A stretch of 35,584 nt of DNA from Acidimicrobiia bacterium (GTDB taxonomy: Bacteria; Actinomycetota; Acidimicrobiia; Acidimicrobiales; SZUA-35), in assembly GCA_029861725.1 (NCBI GenBank), contig JAOTYQ010000003.1, positions 1 through 35,584 of the forward strand, written 5' to 3'. The notes beneath the pieces are model-generated. The model had not been told where the DNA came from. It worked only from the letters and a program-made list of their open reading frames with translations, and ran no database searches. Positions 1-9,270 of this stretch are shown in pieces. How positions within the stretch are numbered: position 1 is the first letter of the stretch; each line of letters starts with the position of its first letter. The translations under genes were made by a program, and so were the position numbers.

Positions 1-23
1 CGGCTATCCTGGGCCGTTCCTTC

Positions 24-98
<75 letters not shown>

Positions 99-100
99 GT

Positions 101-121
101 GTGACGTGCGGAGCACGTCAC
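101..121 (+). terminator. Hairpin right after the tRNA (putative terminator or processing stem)
   Basis: Perfect 9-bp inverted repeat GTGACGTGC-gga-GCACGTCAC, with no U-tract. Confidence 0.5.
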
Positions 122-124
122 CCC

Positions 125-148
125 GAGTTCCGCCTTCGGCGGAACGTC
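125..148. repeat. REP-like palindromic element, copy 1
   Basis: GAGTTCCGCC-TTC-GGCGGAACGTC forms an 8-bp stem and is 21/24 identical to 13202-13225. Confidence 0.5.
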
Positions 149-280
149 GTCCGGCGTCGCGCTCGTCCGGGTTTGAGAATGCTTGGGCATGCTCCATGGC
201 AACCCTCCGGGTTCCTTGGGTTCGGCGTCGCCGTCGGTGTCGAAGATGGTTGAACCGGTGGCGTGGCAGACTGTGAGGCC

Positions 281-1789
281 ATGGCCACCAGCGCCCCCAA
301 CGTCTTGGTGATCACTTCCGACGAGCACAACAAGTTCGTGCTCGGGTGCGCCGGCGACCCGCACGTCCACACCCCGAACCTCGACGCGCTCGCCGCCCGG
401 GGCACCCGGTTCGACGCCGCGTACACGAACAACCCGATCTGCATGCCTGCCCGGGCCACGCTGGCCACCGGTCGCTACGGCCACCGGCTCGGCACGGTCG
501 ACAACGGCTCACCCTACGTCGGGACCGAAGCCGACAGTTGGGGTCACCGGCTCGGTTCACAAGGGTTCCAGGTGCCGACGTTCGGCAAGCTCCACTTCGA
601 TCCCGAGGGCGACAGCGGGTACGACGCTCGGCTCCCCCTCCAAGCCAAGCGGGGCTACGGCGGGGCGCTCCTCGGCTGGGCCCGGGGCGCCGCTCCCGCC
701 AGCGACGTGCTCCGCCGCCACGTCGAAGCGGCCGACACCGGCGAGTTCGAGTACACCCCCTACGACCGCTACACCGCCGGGTCGGCCTCGACGTGGCTCG
801 TCGAGGAGGCGAGCCGCACGACACCGTGGGTCGCCTATGTGTCCTTTGCCTACCCCCACTACCCGTTCCGAGTGCCCCAGGAGTATGTTGCGCCTCTCGA
901 CCCGGACGCGATCCCGCTCCCACCGCACTGGCGCTCACCGGACTGGCCCGATCACCACGAGATCGCCTTCCGGCGAAGCCAGATGGGGTTCGCCGAGCGC
1001 CCGCTGTCGGAGGCCGAGCTCCGCCACGCCCGCTGGGTTTACTACGGCATGGTCGCGTTCCTCGACCACCAGGTCGGCCGGGTCCTCGAGGCCCTCGCCG
1101 GGTCGGGGATGGCCGACGATACGATCGTGGTCTACTCGTCCGACCACGGCGACATGCTCGGCGACAAGGGCCTCTTCATGAAGAGCGTCATGTACGAAGG
1201 CGCTGCCGGTGTGCCGCTGATAGTGGCCGGCCCGGGCGTTCCCGAAGGAGCGGTGCGCTCGACGCCGGTATCGCTCGCCGACGTCTATCCCACCGTGGTC
1301 GCGGCCGTCGGGGGCGAGCTGACCGAGGCCGACGCCGATCTCCCGGGTCGCTCGCTTCTCGCTCTCGCCGCAGCCGACGATCCCGATCGGGCCGTCTTCA
1401 GCGAGTACCACGGCCCGCTGTCGATCGGGGCCAGCTACCTGATCCGCCGGGGCCCCTGGAAGTACGTCCGCTACCAAGACCCGAAAAGTGAGCCGCAGCT
1501 GTTCGATCTCGGTGCCGACCCTCACGAAGGGGCCGATCTCGGCACGAGTCCCGACCGCGAGCCGATCCGAGCCGATCTCGACGCCGAGCTCCGCCGGATC
1601 CTCGATCCCGACGAGGTCGACGAGCGCATCCGGGCCCAGCAGACCGCTGCGCTCGACGCGGCCGGTGGCCTCCAGCCACTGATCGACGCCGCCAAGCGGA
1701 CGGCCGCCAAAGGCCCCTACGGCACGATCCGGGCCGGGTACACGATCCCCCCGTCGGAGATCCTCGAGATGATCGGGGCTCGGCGATGA
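281..1789 (+). CDS. Formylglycine-dependent sulfatase (choline-sulfatase-like)
   Basis: PNVLVITSDEH, CMPAR (CxPxR) motif, GKLH, PHYP, SDHGDMLG and VPLIVAGP. ATG at 281 is preferred over GTG 263. Confidence 0.9.
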   Translation: MATSAPNVLVITSDEHNKFVLGCAGDPHVHTPNLDALAARGTRFDAAYTNNPICMPARATLATGRYGHRLGTVDNGSPYVGTEADSWGHRLGSQGFQVPTFGKLHFDPEGDSGYDARLPLQAKRGYGGALLGWARGAAPASDVLRRHVEAADTGEFEYTPYDRYTAGSASTWLVEEASRTTPWVAYVSFAYPHYPFRVPQEYVAPLDPDAIPLPPHWRSPDWPDHHEIAFRRSQMGFAERPLSEAELRHARWVYYGMVAFLDHQVGRVLEALAGSGMADDTIVVYSSDHGDMLGDKGLFMKSVMYEGAAGVPLIVAGPGVPEGAVRSTPVSLADVYPTVVAAVGGELTEADADLPGRSLLALAAADDPDRAVFSEYHGPLSIGASYLIRRGPWKYVRYQDPKSEPQLFDLGADPHEGADLGTSPDREPIRADLDAELRRILDPDEVDERIRAQQTAALDAAGGLQPLIDAAKRTAAKGPYGTIRAGYTIPPSEILEMIGARR

Positions 1790-1848
1790 CCCGGCCCCTC
1801 GTGCCTACCGCGATCGTCACCCGACCGACCTGACCCAGGAGGCCCGCC

Positions 1849-2958
1849 ATGACAGCAAACGACCCGGTCACCGCCCGAGTGGCGGTGCTGCCGAAGGATC
1901 CCGGACCGTTGAGAATCGAGGAGGTCGAGCTCCCGGCGCCGACCGGCCACCAGATACTGGTCAAGGAGTTCGCCAGCGGCATCTGCCATAGCCAACTGCA
2001 TCAGATGCACAATCCCCGTTCCACCCCGATGGTGATCGGCCACGAGGCGACAGGGGAGGTGCTGGCGGTGGGCTCCGAGGTCGACCACGTTGGACCCGGG
2101 GATCGGGTTTTGCTCACCTTCCAGCCCCGGAACCTGCGTCACACCGATCGCATGCCGGCGGCGGCCGGCGTCGACCTGGCCGACGGGACGCGGGCCGAGT
2201 CGCCCCAGATCTTCACCTGGGCGACCCACACCGTGGCCGACGATCAGTATGTGATCCCCCTCGGCGACGACACCCCGACCGACGTGACCGCCATCGTCGG
2301 GTGCGCCGTCCTCACCGGCGCCGGCGCGGTCCTCCGAGCGGCGGCGGTCGAGGAAGGGCAGAGCGTGGCGATCTGGGGCGTCGGCGGGGTCGGCCTCAAC
2401 GCGGTCGCCGCCGCCCGCAAGGTCGGGGCCGATCCGATCATCGCGGTCGACGTCGACGACATGAAGCTCGAGTTGGCCCGCCGCTTCGGCGCCAGCCACC
2501 TCGTAAACGCCAAGGAGGTCGACCCGGTCGACACCGTTCGCCAGCTCACGCCCGGACCACCCCATGCCCACGGCTTCCGGGGTCTCCCGATCGCCGGGGT
2601 CGACGCTGCGTTCGACGTCGTCGCCACGCCCGAGACCTTCCTCCAGGCGTTCCGATCGACGAGGAGCAGCCAAAACACGATCCGAGCGGGCGGGACGACG
2701 GTAGTCGTCGGCGTGCCTCAGGGCGACCTGACGCTGCCGGGAGCCGAGATGCTCGTCAACGAGCGCCAGATCCGGGGCACGATCGGCGGCACGTCGGTCC
2801 CCGAGGACGACATCCCCACGTTCCTCGATTGGTACCGACACGGCGAGCTCGATCTCGACGCCCTCGTCACCTCCCGGGTCGCCCTCGACGAGATCAACGA
2901 GGCGACCAAGCTGCTGGAAGACGGCAAGGTCCTCGGTCGGACGATCATCGAGTTCTGA
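1849..2958 (+). CDS. Zinc-dependent alcohol dehydrogenase (MDR family)
   Basis: ICHSQ, GHE, GCAV and GVGGVG Rossmann motif. AGGAGG RBS. The 4-Cys structural-zinc lobe is absent. Confidence 0.9.
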   Translation: MTANDPVTARVAVLPKDPGPLRIEEVELPAPTGHQILVKEFASGICHSQLHQMHNPRSTPMVIGHEATGEVLAVGSEVDHVGPGDRVLLTFQPRNLRHTDRMPAAAGVDLADGTRAESPQIFTWATHTVADDQYVIPLGDDTPTDVTAIVGCAVLTGAGAVLRAAAVEEGQSVAIWGVGGVGLNAVAAARKVGADPIIAVDVDDMKLELARRFGASHLVNAKEVDPVDTVRQLTPGPPHAHGFRGLPIAGVDAAFDVVATPETFLQAFRSTRSSQNTIRAGGTTVVVGVPQGDLTLPGAEMLVNERQIRGTIGGTSVPEDDIPTFLDWYRHGELDLDALVTSRVALDEINEATKLLEDGKVLGRTIIEF

Positions 2959-2959
2959 C

Positions 2960-3344
2960 TTCACCCATCTCGGCGCACCCGTCGACGTGAACGACATCGA
3001 CGACTCGACCTTTGCCGAGATCCATCGAGCGTTTCTCGATCGCGGCGTCGTCTTCTTCCGTCACCAGGAGCTGACCCCCGAGCAGCAGATCGCGTTCGCC
3101 TCCCGGTTCGGGACGCCGGTTCCTCGTTGCGTTGCTCGGCGAGGACGTCGGGCACGGCCGGGCCATCGTCGATCACCTCGAAGCCCTCGTCGCCCGGCCC
3201 GAGGTCCAGTGCCGGTGGCGATGGGAGGTCGGCTCGGTCGCCGTCTGGGACAACCGGCGGCTCCAGCACTACGCAGTCAACGACTACTACCCGAACCGGC
3301 GGGTGATGGATCGGGTGACGATCGCTGGCGACAAACCGTACTGA
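2960..3344 (+). pseudogene. TauD/TfdA-family Fe(II)/2-oxoglutarate dioxygenase remnant (internal deletion plus frameshift)
   Basis: N-terminal TauD-like segment (HLGA..VDV..IHRAFLDRGVVFFRHQELTPEQQIAFASRFG) in one frame and C-terminal segment (RPEVQCRWRWEVGSVAVWDNRRLQHYAVNDY..RRVMDRVTIAGDKPY) in another. The central part with the HxD motif is missing. Confidence 0.85.
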
Positions 3345-3360
3345 CCCCGGGATGCGGTGC

Positions 3361-3909
3361 TCAGGCGAGCGGCGCCTCGCCGAAGAGGACCCCGAAGCGC
3401 ACGCACCAGATCTCCGCCGTGCTGAACACCGAGAGATCGACGTCGGGCGGGATCTCGTAGTTCTGATTGCCGATGTTGCCCTTCAGGTCGCCGAGGTCGA
3501 CGAAATCGCCGTTCTCGGCCCGGAGGTAGACGTTGAGATCGGGACCGTTGTTCGATTCGAAGTTCTCGAACCGCAGGAACCGCTGCTCGGTACCGTCGTT
3601 GAGCACCAGGGCGTCGCCGGTCACGGTGTACCGGGAGACTCCACTGAAGCTGCCGCTGAGCTGCGTGACGATCTCGCCTTCCATCGTCTCGTCGTTCGCC
3701 TCCGTCGGCGCTGCGGCTGCCGCCTCCTCCATGGCCGCCTCGAACTCGTCCGACTGCTCGCTGCTGGCGAACACGGGGCCAGCCTCGTCGACCTCGTCGT
3801 CGATGAACGCGGACTGGATCCCGAAGAATCCGAAGGCGAGCCAGGCCAGGAAGGCGACCACCAGGCCTCCGGCCGCCCCGATCAGTACGAGCTTGTAGGG
3901 CGATTGCAT
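3361..3909 (-). CDS. DM13-domain membrane-anchored protein
   Basis: N-terminal TM helix, then NGPDLNVYL, DLGDLKGNIGNQNYEIP and IWCVRFGVLFG, typical of DM13. Confidence 0.88.
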   Translation of the reverse strand: MQSPYKLVLIGAAGGLVVAFLAWLAFGFFGIQSAFIDDEVDEAGPVFASSEQSDEFEAAMEEAAAAAPTEANDETMEGEIVTQLSGSFSGVSRYTVTGDALVLNDGTEQRFLRFENFESNNGPDLNVYLRAENGDFVDLGDLKGNIGNQNYEIPPDVDLSVFSTAEIWCVRFGVLFGEAPLA

Positions 3910-3918
3910 GCCGAAACC

Positions 3919-4743
3919 CTAGGGTGTCCGGCCTTGGCTCGCGCGTCGTCTCCGGTCAGGACCCGCGGACGACGGATGGAGGAACCTCCTCAAGAGATCG
4001 GTGAACTCGGCCGGCCGCTCCAGGTTGACGAGGTGCCCGCTACCGACCACGACCTCGAGAGTCGCGCCGGGGATCAGTTGCTGGAGTCGCTCCACCGCTC
4101 GGACCGGAGCGGTCGCGTCGGCGTCGGCCGCGATGCACAATGTCGCGGCGTCGATGGCGCCGACCCGGTGGCGGGCATCCCAGGCGACGAGGGCGTGCAG
4201 CGCCTGCCGATAGGCATCGGCCGAGATCTGCGACATCGAGGCGACGGCCGCCGCCCGGACCGTGGCCGAGGCCGTGCCGGCGACGAGGCCGTCGACCACG
4301 ATCGGCGCTATATCCGCTGGGGTGCGGCCCTGATCGAGGGGACGGAGCCGGGCGGCGAGGAACTCGACGTTGAACGTGCTGCCCGGCTTGCCGAACGCTG
4401 CAGTAGTGGCAACCAGCACGAGCCGGTCGACCCGCTCCGGAGCGCTGAGGGCCAGCTCCTGGGCGACGTAACCGCCGAGCGAGTGCCCGACGACGTGGGC
4501 CCTGTCCGCTCCCAGCGCGGTCAGGAGGTCGGCTGCGGCGCCGGCCAGGGTCTCGATCGTCATCTCGGGCAGCCGGGCCGATGGGCCATAGCCCGGCATC
4601 GTCCACGCCACGCACCGCCGATCGGCGGCGAGCGCGTCGAGCTGCGGGCGCCACGACTCGGCCGAACCTCCGAGCCCGTGCAGGAACAGCACCGGTGTCC
4701 CCGGTCCCCCGGTGTCGTGGACGTGAACTCCGTCGGGGGTCAT
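3919..4743 (-). CDS. Alpha/beta-fold hydrolase
   Basis: FLHGLGG oxyanion motif, GHSLGG nucleophile elbow, C-terminal GHLVNLE. ATGA overlap with the upstream gene at 4740-4743. Confidence 0.88.
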   Translation of the reverse strand: MTPDGVHVHDTGGPGTPVLFLHGLGGSAESWRPQLDALAADRRCVAWTMPGYGPSARLPEMTIETLAGAAADLLTALGADRAHVVGHSLGGYVAQELALSAPERVDRLVLVATTAAFGKPGSTFNVEFLAARLRPLDQGRTPADIAPIVVDGLVAGTASATVRAAAVASMSQISADAYRQALHALVAWDARHRVGAIDAATLCIAADADATAPVRAVERLQQLIPGATLEVVVGSGHLVNLERPAEFTDLLRRFLHPSSAGPDRRRRASQGRTP

Positions 4744-5786
4744 GCAAGCTCGCCCTGCAGCACCCCTTCGCTCACGACGGCGACACCGTCGAGCTCGACG
4801 GTGCAGCGCCGCATCGGCAAGTCGAAGTGGCCGAGCGTGTGCCGTCCGGCGACCTCGTTCGCTCCGGTCGAGTAGAGGAAGTTGCCGCTGAAGGCCCGCA
4901 GCTCGGTCCCGTTGACCTGGGACCTGTCGTACATGGTGAGCGCATCCCACCGGGCGGCGGGGTTCATGCCCCAGCCGACGTGGGAGACGGCGTAGGCGTC
5001 GAGATCGTCCCACGCCTCGAAGTAGCTGCTCATCAGCGCGGCGTCGAGACCGTCACCTTCGATGTCGGTGATGTAGTCGTCGACGACCGTCAACCGGATC
5101 GGCGATTCGAGGTATCGCTTGAACGTCAGGTTCACATCGCCGGCGTCGAGCACGAGGGTGCCGTTGACCGAACCGGCGGCCGGGAAGCAGAGGCAGAGCC
5201 CGCCGGGCCAGTGGGCGATCGTCCCTGGCCGGGAGGTGTAGCCCCAGCTCGACCCGGCCGGAGCGTTGGCAACGTCGATCGTCAGGTCGGTGCCACCAGG
5301 CGACGTCACCGTCATCGTCTCGGCCGACCGGAGGAGCTTCGTGCCGGCCTTGACCTTGGCCTCGAGCGCCGGGTCGGGGACGAGTCGCTCCAACAGCTCG
5401 GGATGCTCGTTCGACACCATCAGCACCCTGGCGCCCTCTCCCAGGATCGCCGGCAGCTCGGGGGCGTGGAGGAGGCCCTCGACGGTGCAGTCGGCGACGA
5501 CCACCGACGACGCCAAGGCCTTGACGACCGGTTCGAGCCCGCCGATGGCGTCGGACGCCCCGGTCGAGCGGACGGGCACCGCCACGGTCTGGGCCGGGGT
5601 CGGGACGATGACGTGGAAGACCTTGGCCCCGAGCCGCTGCAAGGCGAGATCGCTTAGCTGCACGTTGACGGCACGGCTCTGGCTCTCCGACAAAACGGCG
5701 CACACGTCACCGGGTTCCACCCCGCACAGCTCGAACGTGGCGGCGAACGCCTCGATCCACTTCGACTCGATCTGTTCAACGAGCAT
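4740..5786 (-). CDS. Peptidase M29-like / 2,5-dihydroxypyridine 5,6-dioxygenase (NicX)-like metalloenzyme
   Basis: VTSPGGTDL, HWPGG, NGTLVL..GD, SHVGWGMNP, ELRAFSGNFLYSTGAN and HFDLP, which resemble the NicX/M29 family. Confidence 0.75.
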   Translation of the reverse strand: MLVEQIESKWIEAFAATFELCGVEPGDVCAVLSESQSRAVNVQLSDLALQRLGAKVFHVIVPTPAQTVAVPVRSTGASDAIGGLEPVVKALASSVVVADCTVEGLLHAPELPAILGEGARVLMVSNEHPELLERLVPDPALEAKVKAGTKLLRSAETMTVTSPGGTDLTIDVANAPAGSSWGYTSRPGTIAHWPGGLCLCFPAAGSVNGTLVLDAGDVNLTFKRYLESPIRLTVVDDYITDIEGDGLDAALMSSYFEAWDDLDAYAVSHVGWGMNPAARWDALTMYDRSQVNGTELRAFSGNFLYSTGANEVAGRHTLGHFDLPMRRCTVELDGVAVVSEGVLQGELA

Positions 5787-5862
5787 CGGCTTGGGTCCTT
5801 TCGAGCTGTGGCTTCTGGGAGCGGCCGGGCGTGGGGTCGACGGGTTGCAGAGCGGAAGGTGA

Positions 5863-6855
5863 TCAGCGGGTGGCTTCGGTCAGCTCGAACGCCCTCGCTG
5901 CGGTCTCCAGCGCCTCGGTCAGATCTCGCCCGAGGTCGAGGTCGGACGCTGCGAGCACCGCGTCGAGTTGGTCGGGCCGGCTGGCACCGATTATGGGGGA
6001 GGTGATGTCGGGCTGGTGCAACACCCAGGCCACCGCCAGCGTCGTCAACGGGGTGCCGGCGTCCTCGGCCACCGCTTTGAGCGCCTCGACCGCCTCGAAC
6101 TCGTCGTCGTGCCAGTAGCGGTCCTGGTACCGGCTGGCGGCCGTGCCGAGCGTGAAGCGGGTGCCCTCGGTCGGGGTCGTAGCTCGCTGGTGCTTGCCGG
6201 TCAGCAGTCCACCGGCCAGCGGATTGTAGGGGATGACGGCGAGGTGCTCGGCCCGGCACAGAGGGAGCAGCTCGCGCTCGATCGCCCGGTACAGGAGGTT
6301 GTAGCGGGGCTGGACCGAGACGAACTTGACCCGCCGCTCCAGCTCGGAGATCCCGAGGCTAAGGGCGATCCGCCAAGCCGCCCAGTTGCTGACGCCGACG
6401 TAGCGCACCTTGCCCGCCGTCACCAGGTCGTCGAGGGCCCGGATCGTCTCGTCGAGCGGGGTGTTCGGGTCGTCGGCGTGGAGCTGGTAGAGGTCGATGT
6501 GGTCGGTGTCGAGCCGCCGCAGGCTGGCCTCGCACGCCTCGACGAGGTGCTTGCGTGAGTTGCCCCGATCCCATCGACGGGTCGACATCGGGGCGTTGGC
6601 CTTGGTGGCGAGGATGACCTCCTCGCGCCGGCCGGCCAACCACCGACCGACGATCTCCTCGGTCCGGCCCGCGGTCGCGCGGTCACCGCCGAGTGGGTAG
6701 GCGTCGGCGGTGTCGAAGAAGGTGATGCCTCGCTCGTAGGCCCGGTCCATGATCGCCCGGCTCGTGTCCTCGTCGCACTGGAGGCCGAACGTCATCGTGC
6801 CGAGGCACAGCTGCGAGACCGGCATGCCGGTCCCACCGAGTTGAACGTGGTGCAC
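5863..6855 (-). CDS. Aldo/keto reductase
   Basis: LCLGTMTFG, FFDTADAY, ILATK, SLRRLDTDHIDLYQLH, GKVRYVGVSN, PYNPLAGGLLTGK, PIIGAS. Confidence 0.95.
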   Translation of the reverse strand: MHHVQLGGTGMPVSQLCLGTMTFGLQCDEDTSRAIMDRAYERGITFFDTADAYPLGGDRATAGRTEEIVGRWLAGRREEVILATKANAPMSTRRWDRGNSRKHLVEACEASLRRLDTDHIDLYQLHADDPNTPLDETIRALDDLVTAGKVRYVGVSNWAAWRIALSLGISELERRVKFVSVQPRYNLLYRAIERELLPLCRAEHLAVIPYNPLAGGLLTGKHQRATTPTEGTRFTLGTAASRYQDRYWHDDEFEAVEALKAVAEDAGTPLTTLAVAWVLHQPDITSPIIGASRPDQLDAVLAASDLDLGRDLTEALETAARAFELTEATR

Positions 6856-6892
6856 GGCCCGAATCTAGTCGTCCCGCTGGCGACCGGCGAAG

Positions 6893-6909
6893 TTTCCACT
6901 TAGTGGTAA
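6893..6909. promoter_or_regulatory. Putative IclR-family operator
   Basis: Imperfect 17-bp palindrome TTTCCACT-T-AGTGGTAA in the divergent AKR/IclR intergenic region. A -10-like TAGGAT lies at 6933-6938. Confidence 0.55.
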
Positions 6910-6946
6910 TCAGGGCCTTCTTCCGGTTGAAGTAGGATGGGCGACG

Positions 6947-7723
6947 ATGACGGTTGCCTCGGTCAGTCGGGCGTTCCAGCTGCTGCGAGCGGTACCGGCC
7001 AGCGACGGCACCTTGAGTGGATTGGCCCGCTCGACCGGGCTGCCGGTGGCGACCGTCGCCCGCCTGATGGGCACCCTCGAGCAGTCGGGGGCGGTGCTGC
7101 GGACCGACAAGGTGTACCGGATCGGCCCCACGGTTATCGAGCTGGCGACCAACGAGCCGGCCGCCTACGACCTCCTCGCCGTGGCCAACGGGTACCTCGG
7201 GGTGCTGGCGGCCGAGACCGACGAGACCGCCGGCATCGTCCAGGCCGTCGGCGACGACCATGTGCATCTGGGCCAGGTGGCCACCGAGCACGATGTGGCC
7301 GTGCGGGATTGGACCGGGGAGCGGGTGGCCGCTCACTCGGGCTGCATCGGCTTCGTCATGATGGCTCACTGGCCAGCGGCCGAGGTCGACCGCTACCTGG
7401 CCGGCGAGTTGCCGGCGTTCTCGCCGAACACGGTGACCGACCCCGACCAGATAAGGGACCGGCTCGCCGAGGTCCGCCGAATCGGCTGGCTGTGGACCAC
7501 CGGCGAGTTCGCGCCCGACGTCACCGCCGTCGCCGCCCCGGTGCTCGACCGAAGCGGGTTCTCCGTTGGCGCCCTCCATGTCCACGGCCCGGCCTACCGG
7601 TTCCCCGGCGAGGGACGACGTCGCGACACGATCGGCCGCTCGGTCCAGGCCGCAGCTTGGGCGATCAGCGAGACGATCGGCTGGCGGGCCGGCGCAACCG
7701 ACGAGAGGGGCGCCGATGGTTAG
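6947..7723 (+). CDS. IclR-family transcriptional regulator
   Basis: SVSRAFQLL..LARSTGLPVATVARLMGTL HTH, then C-terminal LAEVRRIGW..GE..VTAVAAPV..GALHVHGP. Confidence 0.93.
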   Translation: MTVASVSRAFQLLRAVPASDGTLSGLARSTGLPVATVARLMGTLEQSGAVLRTDKVYRIGPTVIELATNEPAAYDLLAVANGYLGVLAAETDETAGIVQAVGDDHVHLGQVATEHDVAVRDWTGERVAAHSGCIGFVMMAHWPAAEVDRYLAGELPAFSPNTVTDPDQIRDRLAEVRRIGWLWTTGEFAPDVTAVAAPVLDRSGFSVGALHVHGPAYRFPGEGRRRDTIGRSVQAAAWAISETIGWRAGATDERGADG

Positions 7724-9245
7724 GCGAGGTCGCCGGTCCCGCGACGCCCCCGAGGCGCCGCGCCCGACCGACCAGCCACCGTTCCGCCTCCACCGCCGAC
7801 CCTTCGAGCCGACCCGGGCCGTCTCCGACGACGAGCTCGAAGCGATCCACGACGCATCGCTCGCCGTCCTACGGAACGTTGGCATCGACGTGCTCGACCC
7901 CGACGCTCGCCGGTTGCTCGTCGAGGCAGGAGCCGAGAGCGACGACCAGGTCCGGATCCGGTTCGATCCGGACCTGGTCGTCGACCAGGTGGCTCGGGCG
8001 CCGAGCGAGTTCACCCTCCATGCCCGCAACCCGGCCCACGACGTGACGGTCGGCGGTGATCACGTCGTGTTCAGCGCCGTGGCCAGCCCACCCAACGTGT
8101 CGGACGAGCCGGGCGGTCGCCGCCAGGGCAACCGGGTCGACTTCCAGAACCTCGTGCGCTTGTCGCACCATCTGAGCGCCGTGCAGGTCCACGGTGGCTA
8201 TCCGGTAGAGCCGGCCGACCTCCACCCGTCCGTCCGCCACCTCCACGCCACCTACGATCTGCTCACTCTCAGCGACAAGGTCGTGAACGCCTACAGCCTC
8301 GGCGCCGCCCGCAATCGCGACTGCCTGGAGATGGTCCGCATCGCCCGCGCGCTCGATGACGCCACCGTCGACGGGGAGCCGTCGATCTTCACGATCATCA
8401 ACACCTCGTCGCCGCTGCGGCTCGACGGGCCGATGTGCCAGGGCATCGTCGAGTTCGCCCGACGCAACCAGGTGTCGGTCATCACCCCGTTCACCCTCGC
8501 CGGGGCGATGGCCCCGGTGACCATCGCCGGCGCGGTCACCCAGCAGAACGCCGAGGCCCTGGCCGGGATCGTGCTGGCCCAGGTGGCCCGACCCGGAGCA
8601 CCGGTCGTCTACGGCGGGTTCACGTCGAACGTCGACATGCGATCAGGCTCCCCGGCGTTCGGTACCCCGGAGTTCATGCAATCGGCGCTGATCGGTGGTC
8701 AGCTGGCCCGCCGCTACGGCCTCCCCTACCGCTCGTCGAACGTGAACGCCGCCAACGCGATCGATGCTCAGGCTGGCTACGAGTCTGTGTTCTCCCTCTG
8801 GGGGGCGGTGATGGGTGGCGCCAACCTCGTCTTCCATGGCGCGGGGTGGATGGAGGGCGGCCTCCGAGCCTCGTTCGAGAAGATGGTGCTCGACGCCGAT
8901 CTGTTGCACATGGTCGCCGCATTCCTCCAGCCCATCGTCGTCGACGACGCCACGTTGGCCCTCGACGCCATCGCCGAGGTAGGTCCCGGCGGCCACTTCT
9001 TCGGTGCCCAACACACCCAGGACCGCTACCGGACGGCCTTCCACACCCCAATGATCTCCGACTGGCGGAACTACGAGTCGTGGCTGGAGGCCGGGTCGCC
9101 CACCGCCCGCGATCGGGCGATCGAGCTGTACCCGGCATTGCTGGCCGAGTACGAGCAGCCGCCCTTCGACGACGACGCGCTGGCCGAGCTCGAGGACTTC
9201 GTCGCTCGCCGTGTTGCCGAAGGTGGCGTGGCCACGGACTATTGA
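7716..9245 (+). CDS. Trimethylamine methyltransferase (MttB) superfamily protein, non-pyrrolysine (glycine-betaine methyltransferase-like)
   Basis: IINTSSPLRLD, TPFTLAGAMAPVTIAGA, FTSNVDMRSGSPAFGTPE, DAQAGYE, GWMEGGL, EVGPGGHFFG. No in-frame UAG. ATG 7716 overlaps the end of iclR. Confidence 0.92.
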   Translation: MVRRGRRSRDAPEAPRPTDQPPFRLHRRPFEPTRAVSDDELEAIHDASLAVLRNVGIDVLDPDARRLLVEAGAESDDQVRIRFDPDLVVDQVARAPSEFTLHARNPAHDVTVGGDHVVFSAVASPPNVSDEPGGRRQGNRVDFQNLVRLSHHLSAVQVHGGYPVEPADLHPSVRHLHATYDLLTLSDKVVNAYSLGAARNRDCLEMVRIARALDDATVDGEPSIFTIINTSSPLRLDGPMCQGIVEFARRNQVSVITPFTLAGAMAPVTIAGAVTQQNAEALAGIVLAQVARPGAPVVYGGFTSNVDMRSGSPAFGTPEFMQSALIGGQLARRYGLPYRSSNVNAANAIDAQAGYESVFSLWGAVMGGANLVFHGAGWMEGGLRASFEKMVLDADLLHMVAAFLQPIVVDDATLALDAIAEVGPGGHFFGAQHTQDRYRTAFHTPMISDWRNYESWLEAGSPTARDRAIELYPALLAEYEQPPFDDDALAELEDFVARRVAEGGVATDY

Positions 9246-9270
9246 GCATCGCGACGAGGGGATCGGCCAC

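Noticed and set aside
2987-3344. Programmed frameshift restoring TauD
   Set aside because: Even if joined, the product is about 125 aa and lacks the HxD motif. No slippery sequence is evident.
7716-9245. Pyrrolysine-containing MttB
   Set aside because: The ORF is continuous with no in-frame TAG.
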